A stretch of 64,000 nt of DNA from Nitrososphaeria archaeon. GTDB taxonomy: Archaea; Thermoproteota; Nitrososphaeria; JACIWG01. The stretch covers positions 160,001 through 224,000 of the forward strand of contig CAVVXT010000019.1 of the NCBI GenBank assembly GCA_963752255.1, written 5' to 3'. Made by a program: the position numbers and the translations under genes. The notes below the pieces were generated by a model that searched no databases, was not told where the DNA came from, and worked only from the letters and a program-made list of their open reading frames with translations. Numbering within the stretch: the first letter of the stretch is position 1; each line of letters opens with the position of its first letter. Below are positions 58,477 through 64,000 of the stretch, one piece after another.

Positions 58477-60261
58477 TTACAGGAATATGAATGAAGGATC
58501 CTTAGGCTTTTTTATCTTTAAAATCTCATCAAAGATCTTCTTTTCATCGTCATCTAGTCTTTCAAAATATTTTTCCTTCAAAATCTTAAAATCGTTATAT
58601 GAAGGAGAAGAGTATATAACATCTCCTTCGTCAAAGCTTCTTCCGACGACCGCTTCCTTAATCGATACAGCAACCTGATTGCCCCTGTAAGCCATAGTAA
58701 TACTCTTTCCCTTATCCTCTATGCTGCTGATGGTTCCAACGACTTCGCCATCATTCTTCATCATTCTATACTTCTGCTTTAGCCTGCCCCCAAGAACTTC
58801 GACACCGAATATAGCCGGATTACTTCGTCTAAAGATGAAGCCCTTCATTACCTGAAGCTTACATGGCAATATCAGTGAACCGAACTCCATTGATTCAATT
58901 CTCTGGCGCTCACTTTCAACCCAGTACAGGTATCCCCCAATGATGTTAAATATTACTGGATCATTAAATAATTTAACCTTCTTAGCCTCTAAAAGCTCTT
59001 CAGCATCAGGATAAATCTTAACATGAAAGGAGAGTATGACGCCCAAGAAAGGGTCTTTCTCCGCGACCGTTATCGCTTCTATCACATCTCTTCTTGAGAT
59101 AGGCCCTATGTCAGCCAGACGTATTGGAACATTATTCTTCTTAAGAGAATTAACTATAGCTTCTAAAGAACCTAGAGCGTCAGCCTTAACGATTAATCCC
59201 AGTTCGTCCTTGGAGAACAGAAGACCTTTAACTTCGCCCTCAATCTGGGACCTCACTACTTCAAATTTTGAAACATCATCGAATCCGAGGAACCTCGAAC
59301 CAGGAAGAACGCCATCAAGTTCAGGTGAAACAAGTTTGACACCAGCTGCCGCGTAGACTTCTTCAACGTGTGAGAATTTGTCTGTCGGATCCCTCATTTC
59401 GTCAAGAGGCTTGGGCATAAGAATAGCTCGAACCTTCACAGTAGAGGCGCCTTCCTTCTTCATCATTGCAAGCATGTCGCCAACTCTTAATACACCGTCG
59501 ATAAGTATGACATCTGCCGAGACTCCTAATCCTACCTCTTCTTTGACTTCAAGGATTATGCCAGAAGGTGAACCTAGTTCAAATGTAAGATTAGCCATCA
59601 TAAACTGTTGGGTCAAACCCACAATAATCGATAGAAGCTCCGGAATACCTTCACCAGTTTTGGCACTTGTAGGAACAATTGCAACCTCCTTAGTGAAGCT
59701 TTTAACTCTGGAGTAAAGCTCCGATCTAAAACCTAGTCTTGAGAGACTGCCTACAACTGTATAGAGCTGATGGTCTAAGATTTCTATAACAGACTCAGGC
59801 TGATGTTTAAGAGATTCGGTTACAAACGAATTTAAACCAGGCTTCCATCCGCTGATCGTGTCAACTTTATTTAAAGCTATAACGAAAGGTACACGCCTCT
59901 GTTTTAGAATCTCTAAACTTTCAACTGTCTGAGCTTCAACACCCTTCATGACATCTGTCACTATTATCGAAAAATCTGCGGCAGAGCCACCACGAATCCT
60001 AAGGTTGGAAAACACTTCATGACCTGGGGTGTCGATGACTAGCACGCCGGGGACCTTGATGTCTCCACCAACCTTAGATAGGAGAGGGCCACAGATTTCC
60101 ATGAGAGTCTCCTTTGGAAAGATACTGGCGCCGATGTGCTGAGTTATTCCCCCACTTTCCCTAGCCTGGACTGCCGTTTTCCTGATCTTATCCAGTAGAG
60201 ATGTCTTACCTGAGTCAACATGCCCCAAGACAACAACTATAGGCTGTCTATATCTTATCAC
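58477..60261 (-). CDS. infB: Translation initiation factor aIF5B (IF-2)
   Basis: RQPIV.VLGHVDSGKT, GGITQHIGA, DTPGHE, NKVD and KAD.LGSLEA. Confidence 0.96.
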   Translation of the reverse strand: MIRYRQPIVVVLGHVDSGKTSLLDKIRKTAVQARESGGITQHIGASIFPKETLMEICGPLLSKVGGDIKVPGVLVIDTPGHEVFSNLRIRGGSAADFSIIVTDVMKGVEAQTVESLEILKQRRVPFVIALNKVDTISGWKPGLNSFVTESLKHQPESVIEILDHQLYTVVGSLSRLGFRSELYSRVKSFTKEVAIVPTSAKTGEGIPELLSIIVGLTQQFMMANLTFELGSPSGIILEVKEEVGLGVSADVILIDGVLRVGDMLAMMKKEGASTVKVRAILMPKPLDEMRDPTDKFSHVEEVYAAAGVKLVSPELDGVLPGSRFLGFDDVSKFEVVRSQIEGEVKGLLFSKDELGLIVKADALGSLEAIVNSLKKNNVPIRLADIGPISRRDVIEAITVAEKDPFLGVILSFHVKIYPDAEELLEAKKVKLFNDPVIFNIIGGYLYWVESERQRIESMEFGSLILPCKLQVMKGFIFRRSNPAIFGVEVLGGRLKQKYRMMKNDGEVVGTISSIEDKGKSITMAYRGNQVAVSIKEAVVGRSFDEGDVIYSSPSYNDFKILKEKYFERLDDDEKKIFDEILKIKKPKDPSFIFL

Positions 60262-60439
60262 TTTTAACTCACCTCAGCACATATTTAAGAGAAGTCTAAC
60301 CGGTGCCCCCTAATCAGACTATCAGAAAGGGGGGAATAAATCCGTTTACTGAAAAATGTCCTTTTATTTGCCTTCTACGGCCGTATCTGCAGACATTAAA
60401 TGTTAACGATGACTGCCTAAATCACGCCTGAGAAGAGTT

Positions 60440-60637
60440 CTATTTCTTCTGAGTAAGACGTTTAGGATGCTTTTCAGTCCATTTCAGCTTTCTAGGATCT
60501 CTTTTTAATTTGAGCATGCTCTTTCTGCATTTAGATGAGCAGAACCATAACATTGAACCATCGTTTCTAACATATGCAGTGCCTAAACCAGGAAGTATTT
60601 CTCCACCGCAAAAAGAGCATCTTTTCTGAGACGACAT
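60440..60637 (-). CDS. rpl24e: 50S ribosomal protein L24e
   Basis: CSFCG..I.PG.G..YV..DG....FCSSKC.....R.PRKLKWT. Confidence 0.96.
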   Translation of the reverse strand: MSSQKRCSFCGGEILPGLGTAYVRNDGSMLWFCSSKCRKSMLKLKRDPRKLKWTEKHPKRLTQKK

Positions 60638-60642
60638 AATTA

Positions 60643-60861
60643 TTACCTTATCTTCTTAGCTTCAAGCTCAGTGTCTCTCAATGTTATAATATCCCCAAGC
60701 CTAACGGGGCCTTTAACGTTGCGTGTAAGTATCCTGTTCTTGTCTCTTCCTTCTAGAACCTTAGCTCTGACCTGTGTAACTTCTCCGGCAACACCAGTCC
60801 GCCCAATAACCTGCACTATTTCGGCTGGTGTCGGCTTTTCTTCACCCTTCGACGATGACAT
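60643..60861 (-). CDS. rps28e: 30S ribosomal protein S28e
   Basis: GRTG..GEVTQV and [11 protein letters not shown] motifs. Confidence 0.96.
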   Translation of the reverse strand: MSSSKGEEKPTPAEIVQVIGRTGVAGEVTQVRAKVLEGRDKNRILTRNVKGPVRLGDIITLRDTELEAKKIR

Positions 60862-60871
60862 CTATAACACC

Positions 60872-61282
60872 CTACTTTGGAGACTGTATTTTAGCTATAG
60901 ATTTTATAAGATCTTCGAATACCGATGCCGCATCACCGGGTTCAACGATACATGCGGAGGCGGAAGCAACGTCTATACCTATGGATGCGCCGAGTTGATT
61001 TTTACTTGTTACAAACACGTACGGAATCTTCTTTTCTTCGCACAGTATTGGAAGATGCGCAACAATTTCTGGGGGATCAACATCTTCAGCTATTACTACA
61101 AGCTTTGCGATACCGCGTTCAATTACCTTTGTAACTTCGTTAGTGCCCTTCTTTATCTTGCCAGACTCCGAAGCTCTCTTCATAACTTCATATACAGAGT
61201 CCACAGTCTCCTTAGGAGTTTCAAATTTAACGTAATACGCCTTCTTACCGGACTCATCCCTTTTTTCCGACATAGTCATCAA
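60872..61282 (-). CDS. rpl7ae: 50S ribosomal protein L7Ae
   Basis: [37 protein letters not shown]. Confidence 0.96.
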   Translation of the reverse strand: MMTMSEKRDESGKKAYYVKFETPKETVDSVYEVMKRASESGKIKKGTNEVTKVIERGIAKLVVIAEDVDPPEIVAHLPILCEEKKIPYVFVTSKNQLGASIGIDVASASACIVEPGDAASVFEDLIKSIAKIQSPK

Positions 61283-61390
61283 GTCCGTAGAACCTCAATT
61301 TTGGTATGATATAAATCTAACCTTAAACTATTTCATTTTATCATCTGGTGAAAAGGAACATTAGCACCTTAATGCCCGAATATTGGTTAA

Positions 61391-63140
61391 CTACTTAGAA
61401 GAGAAGTAAAGTGTAACGATACTTTTTTCTTTAGAGTCGATTCTAGCAAATCCCTCACGTTCCAGTTGAACAATAGTGTTTACAGGTTCGTCGAACAGAC
61501 CTTTCTCTCCAAAACCTTCGAGAACTTGTCCATTCTGGTCTATTAACCTGACTCTAACGTTATTGTCTACAGGGACCCAATGTATGAGGGGAGCGCTGAC
61601 ACTCCTTGCAGCATCCATTCCATAGCTATGTATAACGCCCTCAAGATGACCTTCTAGTGTTTTGAGGTCGGAGACGTTTGCGAAACCCATAAGCCTGAAG
61701 AAGGGGTGAGCTTGGATCTTCTCTAAGTCATCCTTCCTGATGTAAACCTTTAGAATGCCATCTTCTACAGGATTTAAAACTATCTTCCTGTAACCCATAG
61801 ATTCAACCTCAGGATGTTTTTTCAGAGAGATTTCCTTAATACCTGCGAGACCTTTAACTGAAAGAACAATAGGATTTATCACAACAAAGTATCTTGGAGA
61901 GGAATTATCAATTATCTTCTTGTTTATAGAATAGAGCGTCGCCCAACTTATGGTAGCATCAATAGGTCTTATGCCCACCTCATAGATTATTGTTCTTATG
62001 GTTTTAGGTAGAACACCACGTTTTCTAAGGGCTTGGAACGTTGCAAGGCGGGGATCGTCAAAGCCGGTGTAAAGCCCGTTCGCAATACCCTGCATTATCT
62101 TTGACTTACTAAGAACGCCTCCTTCGATCTTCAGTCGGCCATAGTGTATGGCTGTAGGATAAACCCACCCCAGGTGTTCGTACATGTACCTTTGTCGAAC
62201 CATATTAGTATAGTGCTCCTTACCTCGTATTATGTGAGTTATTCCCATAAGGTGGTCGTCGAGGCCTGAAGCCAGGTTATAAAGAGGCCAGACACGGAAC
62301 TTTGCACCTATACGGGGGTGAGGATACTTCTTTGTGTCAATGATTCGTAGGGCAGGCCAATCTCTTACAGCAGGGTTTGGATGATCCATGTCTGTTTTGA
62401 TTCTGAGTACGGCTTTACCCTCTTTGTAGGTGCCATCTAGGCATTTTATTGAAACGTTCGATATGCTCTTTGGGTGATAAGCTTCTACATGGACAAGGCT
62501 TCTTCTTTATAAGTTTCCTCCTGAAACTGTCAACTTCACATGTACATACATAGGCGCCTCCAATTTCTATAAGCCTGCGTGCGTAATCATAGTATATGGG
62601 TAGACGATCACTTTGAATGTACTCTTCGTCCCACATACATTCTAACCACTTCAGGTCATCCTTTATCAAGTTGTAAAACTGCAGAGCAGCCTTCTTCAGG
62701 CGAGGATCTGTGTCCTCAAACCTCAGGATGAATTTTCCGGCGTACAATCTTGCATAATCGTGCGATAGGATGATTGCACGGGCTGACCCCAAGTGTAGGA
62801 CGGAATCAGGATTTGGGGCGAACCTTGTTACAATCTGTTTATACCTGTCCGCTTCAGGTAAAGGAGGTAACCCCTTCTCTTTATGCTGAGGGCGAACGGC
62901 CTCCTTTACAATATTGTACTTTAAGACAACTTCTTTCTGTTCCTCTAAGCTCATCTGGTTCACCTGCTTTGATACATCATTTACAAGTCGAATAACTACC
63001 TTAACATTTTCCTTTAGCGAAGGCCTTTCAGCGAGAACCTTTCCGAGAACAGCTTGTGGGTTACATTTCCCCTCGTGTGCAACTGCGTTCACAAGAGAAT
63101 TTCTTTTAATCAGCTCTTCTAACTCTTCCCCCGAGGACAA
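61391..63140 (-). CDS. gltX: Glutamyl-tRNA synthetase, frameshift near 62441
   Basis: RFAPNP...HLGS, RFEDTDP, THIIRGKEH, LSKS and Q.ER.GFARID. The ORFs join as KML-DGTYKEGKAVLRIKTDM. Confidence 0.93.
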
Positions 63141-63142
63141 AG

Positions 63143-64000
63143 TTACTTACTCCGCAAAGACGCTTCAGATGCCAAGTTTATCAGCATATCTCTTGCGTGA
63201 GATCTTCGGAAAATCTCTAGAATATTGATTGCTTTATCGGATAGTACTTTTGCTTCAGCCCTTATCATATCGGGAGCCTTAGATTTAGAAACAACAGAAA
63301 GAGCGTACTGTATCTCCTCCGCCGGTGCTGATCTATTGCCCAAGATAGAAAGCAGCTTACGTCTATCACTTTCAGGAGCGTTGTCAAGCACATAACGCAT
63401 GACAAGAGTCTTTTTTCCTTCGCGTATGTCGTTACCAACAGGTTTTCCGGTCAGAGACCTATCTCCCGTCACGCCCAGTACATCGTCTACCAGCTGAAAG
63501 CATAGGCCGTAGAGATAGCCAAATTCTTTCATTTTGCTCACTGAGCTATCATCAGCTCCTCCCAGAGTTGAACCGATGATAGAGCAAGCTTTAAACAAAG
63601 AAGACGTTTTAAGCGAAATTAAACGATAATATTCTTCTTTGGAGGGGAATTCATTAGAGTTGGCAAAATTTAGATCTAAAGCTTGACCTTCACAGACCTC
63701 CACAGACGCGTTTACAAGAGCATCGGAAACCTTTAAGATCTGTTGGGGTGAAAAATCGTTTGCCGCAAGTTTTAGCGCAGAATAAAAGGCTGTGGCAAAC
63801 AACAGGTCACCGGCAAGAATTGCCATTGGAACCCCATATTTTACGTGAACAGTTGGGGCACCTCTCCTTTCTTCATCATTATCCATTATGTCATCGTGAA
63901 CCAAGGTAAAATTGTGTAAGAATTCTATTGCAGAAGCAGCCGGAAGTATCTTCTCAAATGAACTACCAAACATGAGAGCCGAGTTTATAACAATAAAAGG
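63143..64000 (-). CDS. Polyprenyl (geranylgeranyl) diphosphate synthase, 5'-partial
   Basis: FARM HNFTLVHDDIMD..RRG, GQALD, KT and SARM FQLVDD; frame open to the window edge. Confidence 0.93.
   Translation of the reverse strand, partial: PFIVINSALMFGSSFEKILPAASAIEFLHNFTLVHDDIMDNDEERRGAPTVHVKYGVPMAILAGDLLFATAFYSALKLAANDFSPQQILKVSDALVNASVEVCEGQALDLNFANSNEFPSKEEYYRLISLKTSSLFKACSIIGSTLGGADDSSVSKMKEFGYLYGLCFQLVDDVLGVTGDRSLTGKPVGNDIREGKKTLVMRYVLDNAPESDRRKLLSILGNRSAPAEEIQYALSVVSKSKAPDMIRAEAKVLSDKAINILEIFRRSHARDMLINLASEASLRSK

Noticed and set aside
33240-62450. Programmed frameshifting in tgtA, aspS, cdvC and gltX
   Set aside because: No shared slippery heptamer or stimulatory structure; indel positions and directions are heterogeneous, as expected from read errors.

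Overview
This is an archaeal chromosome segment of TACK type, resembling basal Nitrososphaerota/Thaumarchaeota (inferred from the histone, Alba, thaumarchaeal-type CdvB/CdvC, L38e and Spt4/RpoE' gene order). From 1 to 3.9 kb lies a PTS-type dihydroxyacetone kinase locus (dhaK-dhaL-dhaM, HPr). Where Enzyme I would be expected there is a pyruvate-phosphate-dikinase homolog that ends right after its phospho-His domain, a candidate ATP-driven, PEP-independent phosphorelay. From 4 to 15 kb are housekeeping genes (P-type ATPase, tRNA-Glu, histone, TatD, S17e, SAMP, Cgi121, Sua5, TpiA, HtrA, AK6) and two small ORFs missed by the ORF track. About 15.2-32.0 kb is an AT-rich, decayed integrative island. 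It carries three co-oriented sites made of a tRNA 3'-end plus an inverted arm, defence-like cargo (NucS-like, HEPN-like, metallophosphoesterase), Thr-rich surface proteins, an ori-like repeat region, ParB-like and Rep-like genes, and an integrase-like C-terminal remnant. From 32 to 64 kb are core genes (Lsm, TgtA, PAC2, beta-CASP RNase, archaemetzincin, presenilin, L38e, PdaD, TatAC, tRNA-Val, L40e, Alba, AspRS, CdvC/CdvB/CdvB, TrmB, SlaB-like protein, ribosomal/translation cluster, GluRS, GGPP synthase). About ten single-base frameshifts, several in essential genes, are most likely sequencing errors. No CRISPR array or rRNA was seen. All family calls come from motif recognition by eye, not database searches.
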